DNA of 64,000 nucleotides from Dehalococcoidia bacterium (GTDB lineage: Bacteria; Chloroflexota; Dehalococcoidia; Lucifugimonadales; GCA-2712585). The stretch is from assembly GCA_965226535.1 (NCBI GenBank), contig CBDDDE010000010.1:1145549-1209548 (forward strand), in the 5' to 3' direction. This document shows, one piece after another, positions 29,710-39,345 of the stretch (positions within the stretch are counted from its first letter, which is position 1; each line of letters starts with the position of its first letter). The notes beneath the pieces were generated by a model. The model worked only from the letters and a program-made list of their open reading frames with translations, had not been told where the DNA came from and did no database searches. Made by a program: the position numbers and the translations under genes.

Positions 29710-32106
29710 ATGACTGCACCTCTCAACGGAATACGCGTCCTGGACCTGACCTCCTCCCAAGGGCATCTATGTGGACGCCTCCTGGCAGACCTGGGTGCCG
29801 AGGTTGTCAAGGTGGAGCCACCCCAGGGAGACCCCGGACGGCACCTTGGACCCTTCAAAGGCGGGACCGCCGACCCGGAGGCGAGTCTTCCCTTCTCGTA
29901 TTTTAACGCCAACAAGAAGAGTGTAGTCATAGACCTGGCCACGACGGTGGGGCGTGACAAGCTAAGAGATCTGGCCCGTTACTTTGACGTAGTTATTGAG
30001 ACCTATCCTCCCGGCGTCTTGGCGGATTGGGGGCTGGACTACCCCGCCCTCAAGGAGCACAACGCCGGGTTGGTTATGGCCTCCATAACGGGGTTTGGTC
30101 TTTCTGGACCCCACAGTCATTTCAGAGCGCCAAGCATCGTCTGCGCGGCCATGGGGGGCATAATGTACCTGTGCGGCTCCTCGGATAAACCACCGCTGGT
30201 CGAGCCGGAGAACCAGCCCTATCACCTGGCCTCGGCTTTTGCCGCCCTTGGCGTCTTGATGGCCCTGCGGCATCGCGACCTGACCGGCAGGGGACAGCGG
30301 GTTGAGGTTTCCTGTCAGGAGGTACAGGCCGCCCAGCAACACGTCATGGTCAACTACAGCGCCAACGCCAACGTGCTGAAGCGCGCAGGCAGCCGCACCC
30401 CCGTCGGCGGGGGCATGCCCTACGGTGTTTACCCCACTGCCGACGGTTTTTGCCACCTGGTTGTCATCTCGACATCCCACTGGCGCAACTTTGTCAAATG
30501 GATGGGAAACCCTGACGCCCTCACCGATGCCATTTGGGACAACCGCCATACCCGCATCGCCAACGCGGACCTCATTGAGCACTTTACCACCGAGTTCACT
30601 GGCGGGTTTCCAAAGAAAGAGTTTTTCTTACAAGGGCAGTCGCGACGGGTCACGACGGCGCCTATCAATGGACCGGACGAGTTTGTTCGCGATCCACACG
30701 TCCGGCAGACCGAAACTTTTCAGACCCTTGATCATCCCGTTCTTGGCCATTGCAAGCTGGTGCGGCCTCCCTTTAGGTTGAGCGCCACCCCAGCTTCTAT
30801 CAGAAGAGCCGCTCCTGCCCTGGGGCAGGACACGGCAGAAGTCTTGGGCCGAGTTGGAGAAGCGCCTCGGGTCGGCTGCGCGCAGCCCCCTACCGCTACT
30901 ACCCTGCCCCTGGCGGGCCTGCGAATCCTGGACTTGAGCCAAGCCGTTGCCGGGCCGGTGCTAACCCAACTGCTGGCGGCCTTCGGCGCGGAGATTATCA
31001 AGGTTGAGTCTCAGGCTCATCAGCAGCGGGGTCGGGCTCGGGAGGGCATGGACCCTCGGATTGTTCTCCAACAGCGAGTTACCTTCGCTGACATGAACCG
31101 TAACAAACGGTCTATAACTGTCAACCTAGGGACGGAGGAGGGCCGCCGGCTCCTTCGCCGTTTAGTGCCCCGGTGCGACGTTGTCGTAGAGAATTTTAGC
31201 CCACGGGTGATGGACCGATGGGGCCTTGGATATGAGGATCTACGAAAGCTCCGGAATGACATAATAATGGTGCGGCTGCCGGGCTTTGGTCTTGCCGGTC
31301 CCTATAAGGATTACGTTGGATTGGCCGCCGTCGCCATGGCGGTCACCGGTATGTACCATCTGTGGTCCTATCCAGATGCCTCGGAACCCGCGGGCCCTCC
31401 GGTCTGGGCGCCGGACTACCTAAGCGCCGCCTTTGGCGGGGTTGCCCTGTTGTCCGCCCTGCGTCACCGCGACGCCACGGGGGAGGGCCAGCTTGTGGAA
31501 CTTAGCCAGATGGATGCCACGGCCTTCGTTATGGGGGCAACCTATTTGGACTATTTCATTAATGATCACGTCCAAGAACCCATGGGAAACGGCCACTCCC
31601 GTCATGCGCCCCACGGCGTTTACCGCTGCCTAGGCGAGGACCAATGGTGCGTGATTGCCGTTCAAAACCAAGAGGAGTGGGACTCTCTCTGCCGGGTCAT
31701 GGGCTCCCCGAGTTGGGCGGAAGACCCTGCATTCGCCACGCCCCAGGACCGTCTTCGCCATGGTGACAGGTTGGATAGGTGCATTGAGAATTGGACCGTC
31801 CGCCATTCGGCTCACAACGTAATGGACACCCTTCAGGAGGGCGGAGTTCCCGCCGCGGTGGTCCAGGATGGAGCCAGCCTTTTTAGCGACTCTCACCTCA
31901 GAGACAGGGCATTCCTTACCACCGTTGACCATCCCCTCACAGGCCCCATAGAATACCCCAACGTGCCTCTTAGACTATGGGAAACCCCCGGACGCTTGGA
32001 CCAGTGGCATACTATGGGACAGGACAATGCCTACGTATTGGAAACCCTTCTGAACCTAACGCCGGAGGAGATATCGGCACTTCAGCGATCCCAGGCCCTG
32101 GAGTAA
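29710..32106 (+). CDS. tandem-fused family III (CaiB/BaiF) CoA-transferase-like protein with two complete domains
   Basis: Two N-terminal signature blocks are present: LNGIRVLDLTS...LLADLGAEVVKVEPPQGDPGR and LAGLRILDLSQAVAGPVLTQLLAAFGAEIIKVES. ORF 29584..32106 trimmed to the ATG at 29710, just after the upstream stop at 29696. Confidence 0.85.
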   Translation: MTAPLNGIRVLDLTSSQGHLCGRLLADLGAEVVKVEPPQGDPGRHLGPFKGGTADPEASLPFSYFNANKKSVVIDLATTVGRDKLRDLARYFDVVIETYPPGVLADWGLDYPALKEHNAGLVMASITGFGLSGPHSHFRAPSIVCAAMGGIMYLCGSSDKPPLVEPENQPYHLASAFAALGVLMALRHRDLTGRGQRVEVSCQEVQAAQQHVMVNYSANANVLKRAGSRTPVGGGMPYGVYPTADGFCHLVVISTSHWRNFVKWMGNPDALTDAIWDNRHTRIANADLIEHFTTEFTGGFPKKEFFLQGQSRRVTTAPINGPDEFVRDPHVRQTETFQTLDHPVLGHCKLVRPPFRLSATPASIRRAAPALGQDTAEVLGRVGEAPRVGCAQPPTATTLPLAGLRILDLSQAVAGPVLTQLLAAFGAEIIKVESQAHQQRGRAREGMDPRIVLQQRVTFADMNRNKRSITVNLGTEEGRRLLRRLVPRCDVVVENFSPRVMDRWGLGYEDLRKLRNDIIMVRLPGFGLAGPYKDYVGLAAVAMAVTGMYHLWSYPDASEPAGPPVWAPDYLSAAFGGVALLSALRHRDATGEGQLVELSQMDATAFVMGATYLDYFINDHVQEPMGNGHSRHAPHGVYRCLGEDQWCVIAVQNQEEWDSLCRVMGSPSWAEDPAFATPQDRLRHGDRLDRCIENWTVRHSAHNVMDTLQEGGVPAAVVQDGASLFSDSHLRDRAFLTTVDHPLTGPIEYPNVPLRLWETPGRLDQWHTMGQDNAYVLETLLNLTPEEISALQRSQALE

Positions 32107-32116
32107 ATGCCGTCCA

Positions 32117-33385
32117 ATGAATTCCATTCCTCAGGAAAATGGCTCTCTGGACGGGGTTAGAGTGCTGGACTTGACCCGGGTGCTGGCAGGGCCTTTCTGT
32201 ACTCGTATGATGGCTGACATGGGGGCCCACGTTATCAAGGTTGAGCCCCCCGGCGGCGACGCGGCGCGGCAGTTTGAGTACACGACGCCTGAGGGCGTCA
32301 GCGGCTACTTCATGCAACAGAACTGCGGGAAGCAGGATATTTCCCTTGACCTGGCCGACCCGTCAGCCAGGGAGGTGATGCGTCGATTGGTTCAGGTCTC
32401 CGACGTGGTGGTGGAGAATTTTCGCCCCGGAGTTATGGCACGACTGGGCTTTGACTACGAGAATTTGCGCAAGCTGAATTCTTCCATCATCATGTGCTCT
32501 ATCAGCGCCTTTGGACAGGACAGCCCCTACGCAAACCGGCCTGCCGGGGACATGGTTGTCCAGTCAATGAGCGGCATCGCGTCGCTGACCGGAGACCCCT
32601 CCGGGCCGCCACAGACCACCGGGATGTCGCTGAGCGACACAACGGGCGGTATCCACGCCTTTGGGGCCATCTGCGCCGCTCTGTATCGCAGAAGCATCAC
32701 CGGCCGAGGGCAGCTCATAGACGTCGCTCTGGTGGACTGTATCCTCTGGCAGAATGAGTGGGCCAGCCAGTATCTCTTTCTTAGCGACGGAAAGGAAGTA
32801 CCCACAAGGTACGGCAACCGGCGCCCGATTCTGATACCGGGCAACCTGTTTATGGGGAAGGACGGTTGGGTGGCCATTGTGGCTTCCACCGACCCTGGCT
32901 GGCAAAACCTGACTAGGGCCATGGGACTTCCGCATTTGGCCCAGGATAGCCGCTTTAAGGACCGCTCCGCCCGGATGGCCCACCGGGATGAGTTGGAAAG
33001 CATTGTCGAAAGCTGGGTGGGTTCCTTTGATTCTGTCCAACAGGTGGAGGAGCTGCTGGCGGACAAGGGCGGGGTCCAGTGCGGCAGGGTGAGGTCATGG
33101 AAGGAGATGCTGGAGGACCCCCACGTGGAACGGCGGAAGCTGATTGCCGAGGTGGAGGACCCCCTTCTTGGCCCAACGCCCGTAATGAACTCCCCCTTCC
33201 GACTCCGCGGCGCCCAAGCGCAGGTGAGCGGCCCCGCTCCCCTGCTGGGCCAACACACGTACCCGGTCCTTCGAGAGCTTCTAGGCTACGGCAACCAAGA
33301 AATTCTGGACATGGTTAACGCCAACGCGCTTCATGCAGAGCCTGCTGTCATGGCAAGCCTTGTCCAACGCCTGATGGCTCCCTAA
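32117..33385 (+). CDS. family III (CaiB/BaiF) CoA-transferase
   Basis: LDGVRVLDLTRVLAGPFCTRMMADMGAHVIKVEPPGGD. The catalytic-Asp context is RPAGDMVVQSMSG (Asp codon 32549-32551). Confidence 0.9.
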   Translation: MNSIPQENGSLDGVRVLDLTRVLAGPFCTRMMADMGAHVIKVEPPGGDAARQFEYTTPEGVSGYFMQQNCGKQDISLDLADPSAREVMRRLVQVSDVVVENFRPGVMARLGFDYENLRKLNSSIIMCSISAFGQDSPYANRPAGDMVVQSMSGIASLTGDPSGPPQTTGMSLSDTTGGIHAFGAICAALYRRSITGRGQLIDVALVDCILWQNEWASQYLFLSDGKEVPTRYGNRRPILIPGNLFMGKDGWVAIVASTDPGWQNLTRAMGLPHLAQDSRFKDRSARMAHRDELESIVESWVGSFDSVQQVEELLADKGGVQCGRVRSWKEMLEDPHVERRKLIAEVEDPLLGPTPVMNSPFRLRGAQAQVSGPAPLLGQHTYPVLRELLGYGNQEILDMVNANALHAEPAVMASLVQRLMAP

Positions 33386-33740
33386 CCCCTCGTACCTTTC
33401 GTACGTTCAAAACTCCCGCGAAAGTGGGAAACCATCCTCGAAACGGTGGGTTTGAAACCTTTCAACGACCATCCAACTGCCCTCTTTCCTTAATGTATAG
33501 ACCGGAGAGATGGCTTAGACCTGTTGGGAGACAAGGTGGACACCACCATAGACATGACCCTAAGAGGAGAAGGAAGGCATGCCGTGGAGGAAGATTGTAA
33601 ATGTATGTCTGGGGGACGTCCTTAGTGTCCTGCCATTGGTGCTATGCCGGTCTGCCGGGAGCTAGAGGGGGTTATGGGGTTACAAAATGTGCTCTTTCCT
33701 TGTGGTATAGTAAACAAAACTCGGCGTATGGAGGAAACCC

Positions 33741-34925
33741 ATGGAATACAACCTCGTTTCGGCAGACTCACACATGGACATGAGCTGGCTGCCCGGAGAC
33801 TTGTTTGAGAAAAACGGCCCAAGCCATCTGAAGGACGTTATGCCTAAAGTGGTGGACACTGAAGAGGGACCTCGTTGGGTAACGGAGGGACGGGAATTGG
33901 GGGTTTACGGTGGGTTGGGATTCGGCTTTAGCGCCCCTCGCCGAGGGCAAAGACGCCAGGTTGATCGGATGTACGAAGTTGGCTACTACGACGGCGGCCC
34001 TCATGCCATTAATCCGGAGCTTAGGCTCAACGACATGGCGTTGGACGGGGTTGACGCCGAGGTTCTTTACGGCATGACCACCGCGGGAATGCGCATCAGA
34101 AACCCGGAGGTCCTTGCGGAGAGCTATCGCATTTACAATGACTGGGTGTCGGACTTCTGCACCGCCACACCGGGGCGCTGGTACGCCCTGGCCTGTATGC
34201 CAATTCACGATCCGGGGCTGGGGGCAAAGGAACTTCGCCGTGCCGCGGGACTTGGCGGCATCAGGGGCGGGGAGCTCTACGTCAGTGGGACTACGAGGCC
34301 CATCTACCTCCGCGACGGCTTTTGGGACCCACTATGGGAAGCTGCCGCCGACACGGGTTTGCCCATCTCTTTCCACATTGGCGGCGGCGGTATAAAGGTG
34401 CCCGGCCCCATTGAAGGCGAGGAGGGGCAAAAATCCTTCAGCGCGGACAGTCCCACTCAGAATCAACTGGCCTTTGTGGGCACCTCCCTTCCGCTGGGTC
34501 AGTTGGCCGGCTCCGAGTGGCTCATCAGCATAATTATGAGCGGGACATGCCATCGGCTTCCCAACTTCCGATTTGTCTTGGGTGAGTGCGGGGCAGGGTG
34601 GATACCCTTCGTCATAGAGCGAATGGACATTAAGTACAAGGACAGCCTTTTGGATGAGAAATTTAGCCCTCCGATGACCTTGCTTCCCAGCGAATACTGG
34701 TATCGACAGGGCGCAACCACCTTCCAGCAAGACCCATGCGTGGGATATATGGCCGAGCACATTGGCGTGGAAAATCTCATGTGGGGTTCCGACTATCCCC
34801 ATCCCGACGGTGTATGGCCGGGTTCTAAGGAGGTAATTAAAAATACCATGGGGCAGTTGGATGCAGAAGACCGGCGGAGGATAACCTGCGATAACGCGGT
34901 GAAGCTTTACCGGATGGGCGAGTAG
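33741..34925 (+). CDS. amidohydrolase-2 family metal hydrolase
   Basis: LVSADSHMDM N-terminal His motif and C-terminal WGSDYPHPDG. Length is 394 aa. Confidence 0.85.
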   Translation: MEYNLVSADSHMDMSWLPGDLFEKNGPSHLKDVMPKVVDTEEGPRWVTEGRELGVYGGLGFGFSAPRRGQRRQVDRMYEVGYYDGGPHAINPELRLNDMALDGVDAEVLYGMTTAGMRIRNPEVLAESYRIYNDWVSDFCTATPGRWYALACMPIHDPGLGAKELRRAAGLGGIRGGELYVSGTTRPIYLRDGFWDPLWEAAADTGLPISFHIGGGGIKVPGPIEGEEGQKSFSADSPTQNQLAFVGTSLPLGQLAGSEWLISIIMSGTCHRLPNFRFVLGECGAGWIPFVIERMDIKYKDSLLDEKFSPPMTLLPSEYWYRQGATTFQQDPCVGYMAEHIGVENLMWGSDYPHPDGVWPGSKEVIKNTMGQLDAEDRRRITCDNAVKLYRMGE

Positions 34926-34943
34926 CGCCTGCCGGGCGCCTGT

Positions 34944-36137
34944 CTACTTTCGATAACCAGCCAGATGAGAGAGCCGCTCCCGCACCTTGGCAAAGGTTTC
35001 GGGCCGCTTGGGAAAGGCAAAACGCACGTAGGGCTTGCCCAACTCGTCGTCGTGGTAAAAGGCCCTTCCCGGGACCGGCGTCACGCCTATCTTGCTTGAT
35101 AGGAACATGGAAAAATCGTTGTCGTTGTCGTAGCCGCAGTCCGGGTACCTGGTCATAACGTAGTACGCGCCCTTGGGCGTAATGTAGTCGAAGCCCATTT
35201 CTCCAAGAATGGAAAGCATAGTGTCGCGGCGATGCACATAGCCCTCAGCCAACTCCGCGTAATAGCTCTTTGGGAACCGCAAGGCCACGGCGGCGGCTTC
35301 CTGCAGCGGTGCCGCGGCCCCCACCGTTACGAAGTCGTGGGCCCGGCGAATACCTGTGGTGATTCCCTCGTCGAGGGCAATGGCCCAGCCGATGCGCCAA
35401 CCGGTGACGCTGTAGGTCTTTGACAAGCTGTTAATCGTAATGGTACGGGTTTCCATGCCCGGCAGCGACGCGATGCTGTGATGCGCGTCACCGTCAAAAA
35501 TAATGTGCTCGTAGGGTTCGTCAGTGATGGCCAGGGAGTCGTGTTCCTGACAGAGGGCGCTGATGATTTCCAGTTCGGCGTGGGAGAAGACCTTGCCCGT
35601 GGGGTTATGGGGCGTGTTGATGACAACGGCCTTTGTCTTTTTGGTGAACGCCCGCCGGAGTTCATCGGGATCGAAGGCAAAGGAGTCACCCCGCTGGTGC
35701 AACCGGACGTAAACGGGAATGCCTTGGCAAAGCAAAGTGTCCGGTCCGTAGTTCTCGTAAAAGGGCTCAAAGATAATCACCTCGTCGCCGGGGTCGATGA
35801 CCGCCAGCATGGTGGAGAACATGGCCTCGGTGCCGCCGCAAGCGATTGTGACGTGCTTATCGGGGTCTACGGTGACGCCGTTATACCAGCCGAATTTCTC
35901 CGCCAAGGCCTGACGAAGCGCCGGGGCGCCCCAGGTGATGGCGTACTGGTTGTAGCCGTTGTCCAAGGCTGCCTTGGCGGCCTCAATCAGCTCCCTGGGC
36001 GGATCAAAGTCCGGAAACCCTTGGGCCAAGTTAATGCCGTCGTTCAGGTTATTCACGCGGGTCATCTCTCGAATGATAGACTCGGTGAACAACCCCACCC
36101 TGTGCGAGAACCGCTCAGTGGGCAACGAATTATCCAT
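34944..36137 (-). CDS. class I/II PLP-dependent aminotransferase
   Basis: NLAQGFPDFDPP, INTPHNPTG, and SLSKTYSVTGWRIGW (PLP lysine). Start moved to the ATG at 36137 (GGAG upstream). Confidence 0.88.
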   Translation of the reverse strand: MDNSLPTERFSHRVGLFTESIIREMTRVNNLNDGINLAQGFPDFDPPRELIEAAKAALDNGYNQYAITWGAPALRQALAEKFGWYNGVTVDPDKHVTIACGGTEAMFSTMLAVIDPGDEVIIFEPFYENYGPDTLLCQGIPVYVRLHQRGDSFAFDPDELRRAFTKKTKAVVINTPHNPTGKVFSHAELEIISALCQEHDSLAITDEPYEHIIFDGDAHHSIASLPGMETRTITINSLSKTYSVTGWRIGWAIALDEGITTGIRRAHDFVTVGAAAPLQEAAAVALRFPKSYYAELAEGYVHRRDTMLSILGEMGFDYITPKGAYYVMTRYPDCGYDNDNDFSMFLSSKIGVTPVPGRAFYHDDELGKPYVRFAFPKRPETFAKVRERLSHLAGYRK

Positions 36138-36196
36138 ATATCTCCAAATTATATACGGGCAATCTCCGGGCAAAAGGTTACCACGTTGAACGCCGT

Positions 36197-37093
36197 TTAG
36201 CTACTTTTCGCGGGTGGGGAGAGAAGGTCAACGGCGGACCTGATGGTTTGGGCCGTGGTACGGTCCTGATCTACGGATTCCGCCCGCTCCGTAGCGAAGG
36301 GAGTCTCGCTTAGGAGACGATAGATCTCCGCGGCCCCTTGGTGAAAGTGCGGTGGCAGGCCCAACTGTTCATAGGTGGCGGCAATCTCTTCCATCTCACC
36401 AATCCAACGGGATGCCCTGGCCGGGAGTCTGGATAACCCGGAATTCATCTGATTGAAAGCATGGGATTGACTGGACTGCAGCTCTTGTCCCAGCTCCTCC
36501 GAGAGGCCCAGGGACTCCGCTGCGGAAAGTACTGCAACGTGGAGCGCGGAGGTGCCCTTGGTTAGCCCCGCATAGCACATTTTGATGCCGGACGCCCTGC
36601 CTACCTCGTTTCCCAAGTTCTTTACTACTATGTCCATGCCGTCCATCTCAGACATTATGTGGGAGTGCTTTCCGGACGTGTAGAAACGAGGAAAGGCGCC
36701 CTTTCGGGGCGGGTTGCCGATAATAGAGGCGTCAATGTATCTGCCCCCAGCCCCGGTGATTATGGCCTCTATGGCCTTTGTGGTCTCGGGCGACACGGCG
36801 TTGCAATCAGCGTAGTAGGCGTTGGAGCGAGTGTCGCCAAGGGCCTTGGCAACCTGCTGCGCCAACATAGTGGCGTCCAACGGCACCATTATGGACAGCA
36901 CCAGGTCAGCTCTCTTCACCACTTCCTCCAAGTTCGGGACGTCCTCAATGCCTGCCTCACGGGCCAACCTTTGAGTCCTTTCGCTCCGCCCCTTGAGGCA
37001 GGTTATGGTGTTAAGTCCACCTTCACGCAAAGCCCTGCCCACGGCATGGCCCATGTCTCCGGGACTCAAGATTGCTACAGTTCTAAGAGGCAT
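36197..37093 (-). CDS. NAD(P)-dependent oxidoreductase (6PGDH-type NAD-binding domain, DUF1932-like C-terminus)
   Basis: VAILSPGDMGHAVGRAL dinucleotide fold. Length is 298 aa. It begins 36 nt downstream of the biotin carrier gene. Confidence 0.65.
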   Translation of the reverse strand: MPLRTVAILSPGDMGHAVGRALREGGLNTITCLKGRSERTQRLAREAGIEDVPNLEEVVKRADLVLSIMVPLDATMLAQQVAKALGDTRSNAYYADCNAVSPETTKAIEAIITGAGGRYIDASIIGNPPRKGAFPRFYTSGKHSHIMSEMDGMDIVVKNLGNEVGRASGIKMCYAGLTKGTSALHVAVLSAAESLGLSEELGQELQSSQSHAFNQMNSGLSRLPARASRWIGEMEEIAATYEQLGLPPHFHQGAAEIYRLLSETPFATERAESVDQDRTTAQTIRSAVDLLSPPAKSS

Positions 37094-37129
37094 ATTTACT
37101 GCTCCAGCCGTCAGATAGGATAATCCGAA

Positions 37130-37540
37130 TCAATCCAACTCCGCTATGGCATCCCCAATGAGCACATTTTGGCCCTGTTTTACGTGAATTGTCTTGATGG
37201 TTCCGTCTTTGGGCGCCAGTAGCGCCTGCTCCATTTTCATCGCCTCAATTACGCAGACCTTTGTGCCCGCGGCGACACTTTCACCAACGTGGACGTCCAC
37301 GGAGAGAATGACCCCTGGCAAGGGGGAGCGTACCACGTTTTCGTCGTTGGTATCTGCCGAGCCGGTGGAGGCTGAGGTCGGTGGGGTGTCGACCCGCTTG
37401 GCTTCGGTCGACACCCCGGCGGCGCCCAGATCCACGACAACCGGCTCCTGGTCCACCAGCACCTTGATGCTGGTCCCTTCCCACTCCCCCACGTCCACGT
37501 TGTACCACCGGTTATCTATTTTGACCCGAAGTCGGCGCAT
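37130..37540 (-). CDS. biotin carboxyl carrier subunit (GcdC/MmdC-like)
   Basis: Biotinylation motif VIEAMKMEQAL. The N-terminus MRRLRVKIDNRWYNVDVGEW is followed by a Thr/Ser/Ala linker. Confidence 0.85.
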   Translation of the reverse strand: MRRLRVKIDNRWYNVDVGEWEGTSIKVLVDQEPVVVDLGAAGVSTEAKRVDTPPTSASTGSADTNDENVVRSPLPGVILSVDVHVGESVAAGTKVCVIEAMKMEQALLAPKDGTIKTIHVKQGQNVLIGDAIAELD

Positions 37541-37708
37541 TTAGGGACCTTTCTTGGGACTGTCTAGGTGTGAAGCCAAAATATGTATAGGAAAGTCCAC
37601 CGTTACGCCGCGCAGGGTGTCGTTTAAGAGGGGACCTGGGCATTATATCATCCCATCTCATGGGTCGCCGCGATTCAGTGCCTGGTCATTCCCCGCACGC
37701 TTGGGTGT

Positions 37709-38848
37709 CTAGCCAAGGATCGAAATGAAAACGCCCGCCACGACAGCAGACCCGATAACTCCGGCCACGTTTGGTCCCATGGCGTGGGGCAGGAGGAAGT
37801 TCTGTGGGTTGTCTCTTTGCCCCATGTTATGGGACAAACGGGCGGCCATGGGGACTGCGGAGACGCCCGCCGAGCCGATAAGCGGATTTACTTTTTCCCT
37901 TACGAAAAGATTCATCCCCTTGGCGAAGAGGAGTCCGCTTGCGGTGCTGAAGGCAAATGCTCCGAGGCCCAGGCCCAAGATTTTTACAGTGTCTACGTCA
38001 AAAACCCGCTCCGACGACAGCTGCGCTCCAACTGTAATCATCAGGAATATCGAGGCGACGTTGAGAATCTCGTTGGATGCCGCGTTATAGAGCCTGGGTA
38101 CTACGCCGCTTTCCCTGAACAGGTTGCCTATCATAAACATGGCTATCAGCGGCGCTGACTCCGGGACCACCAGGATGATGATTACCATGGTGGCGGTGGG
38201 GAAAAGGAGCTTCTCCAAGCGTGATACTTCTCTCAAGGGTCTCATGACAATCTGCCGCTCCGCCTTAGTGGTCAGGAGCCGCATCAACGGGGGTTGAATG
38301 AATACTACGCTGGCCATGTAGGAGTAGGCCGTTATGGCCGTTATGCCCAGGAGATCGGGAGCCAATCGCGCCGAGGCAAATATGGTGGTAGGACCGTCGG
38401 CTCCGCCGATGATGGCAATGGCCCCCGCTTCTTTCATGCTAAAGCCAGCAACCAAGGCTATCCATAGGGCCGCGAATACGCCCATTTGCGCCGCGGCGCC
38501 TAGAAGCAACGTCTTGGGGTTTGCGATGATTGGGCCAAAGTCAGTCAGGGCGCCTAGGCCAAGAAAGATGAGGGGCGGCAGGATGTTCCACTTGAACAGG
38601 GCAAATTCGAAGATAAGTCCCAGAATTCCCGACCCGTGCTGCTCTGCCGTGGGTGAGTAGTTTGTCAGGCCAGTCAAAGGTAAGTTGGCCAGGATGATAC
38701 CCACGCCTATGGGAAGTAGAACGTAAGGCTCCGTTTTCTTGGCTATGGCGACGATGGCGAAAGCAGCGCCCACAAGCAGCAGCAGCAAATTTTGCCAGTC
38801 TAGGTTGGTGAGTCCGCTGGCGTTTAGAAAGTCTTTGAACTCTTCCAC
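37709..38848 (-). CDS. Na+-translocating decarboxylase beta subunit (OadB/GcdB/MmdB family)
   Basis: 379-aa polytopic membrane protein. It has the ...IGVGIILANLP..., GGADGPT and PHAMGPNVAGVIGSAV blocks typical of the family. GTG start. Confidence 0.88.
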   Translation of the reverse strand: MEEFKDFLNASGLTNLDWQNLLLLLVGAAFAIVAIAKKTEPYVLLPIGVGIILANLPLTGLTNYSPTAEQHGSGILGLIFEFALFKWNILPPLIFLGLGALTDFGPIIANPKTLLLGAAAQMGVFAALWIALVAGFSMKEAGAIAIIGGADGPTTIFASARLAPDLLGITAITAYSYMASVVFIQPPLMRLLTTKAERQIVMRPLREVSRLEKLLFPTATMVIIILVVPESAPLIAMFMIGNLFRESGVVPRLYNAASNEILNVASIFLMITVGAQLSSERVFDVDTVKILGLGLGAFAFSTASGLLFAKGMNLFVREKVNPLIGSAGVSAVPMAARLSHNMGQRDNPQNFLLPHAMGPNVAGVIGSAVVAGVFISILG

Positions 38849-38851
38849 TGG

Positions 38852-39121
38852 CTAGGACCCTACTTGGTCCGCATCCTTTATCTTGCCCGGAACGTGCCCC
38901 TGGCTTAACGCAATGTTCACCGCTATTGTTGCCGCAAGGGCCTTGTCTCTCTTCTCCTTGTCATCCACCGTCTCCGGGGCGGTTCTAGTTGAGATTGTTG
39001 AAAGCGCTTTCGCCAGATAATGCAGCGCTGCGGTGAGAATCGACAGGATAGTCAGAAGGCTGAAGGCTGTGCCTATGCCTATTATTGTAATGGTGAGAGC
39101 CTGACCGGTGTCAAAGTTGAT
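38852..39121 (-). CDS. possible OadG-like small membrane (gamma/delta) subunit; start codon uncertain
   Basis: Manual translation gives ...TINFDTGQALTITIIGIGTAFSLLTILSILTAALHYLAKALSTISTRTAPETVDDKEKRDKALAATIAVNIALSQGHVPGKIKDADQVGS*. Its stop (38852-38854) is 3 nt before the oadB-like GTG. The frame is open over 38855-39172, but no ATG, GTG or TTG lies upstream of the TM helix. Confidence 0.4.
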   Translation of the reverse strand: MNFDTGQALTITIIGIGTAFSLLTILSILTAALHYLAKALSTISTRTAPETVDDKEKRDKALAATIAVNIALSQGHVPGKIKDADQVGS

Positions 39122-39251
39122 GGTAGTCCCCCTCTGCCCGTGGCTATAGAGGTAAGTGGGAATTTTACACCCCTAGCCGCCTTTAGCACCAGACTAAGAC
39201 CATTCCCGTGACACGATATGCCCTCGTCGATATTTATCCTGCCGCTTCTTG

Positions 39252-39281
39252 GTGACTATGCCAAGGGTAGCCATATATAAT
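39252..39281 (+). promoter_or_regulatory. candidate promoter for pxpA in the divergent intergenic region
   Basis: GTGACT (39252-39257), 18-nt spacer, TATAAT (39276-39281). GGGAGGGG lies before the ATG at 39346. Confidence 0.35.
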
Positions 39282-39345
39282 GAGACGTCTGTAGATGCTG
39301 AAGTAGGGAGTTTTCCGCTATATTAGTTGCGGGAGGGGCACGAAC

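Noticed and set aside
32527-33258. 243-aa minus-strand ORF
   Set aside because: It is antisense to the single-domain CaiB gene and has a Ser/Pro/Arg-rich shadow-frame composition.
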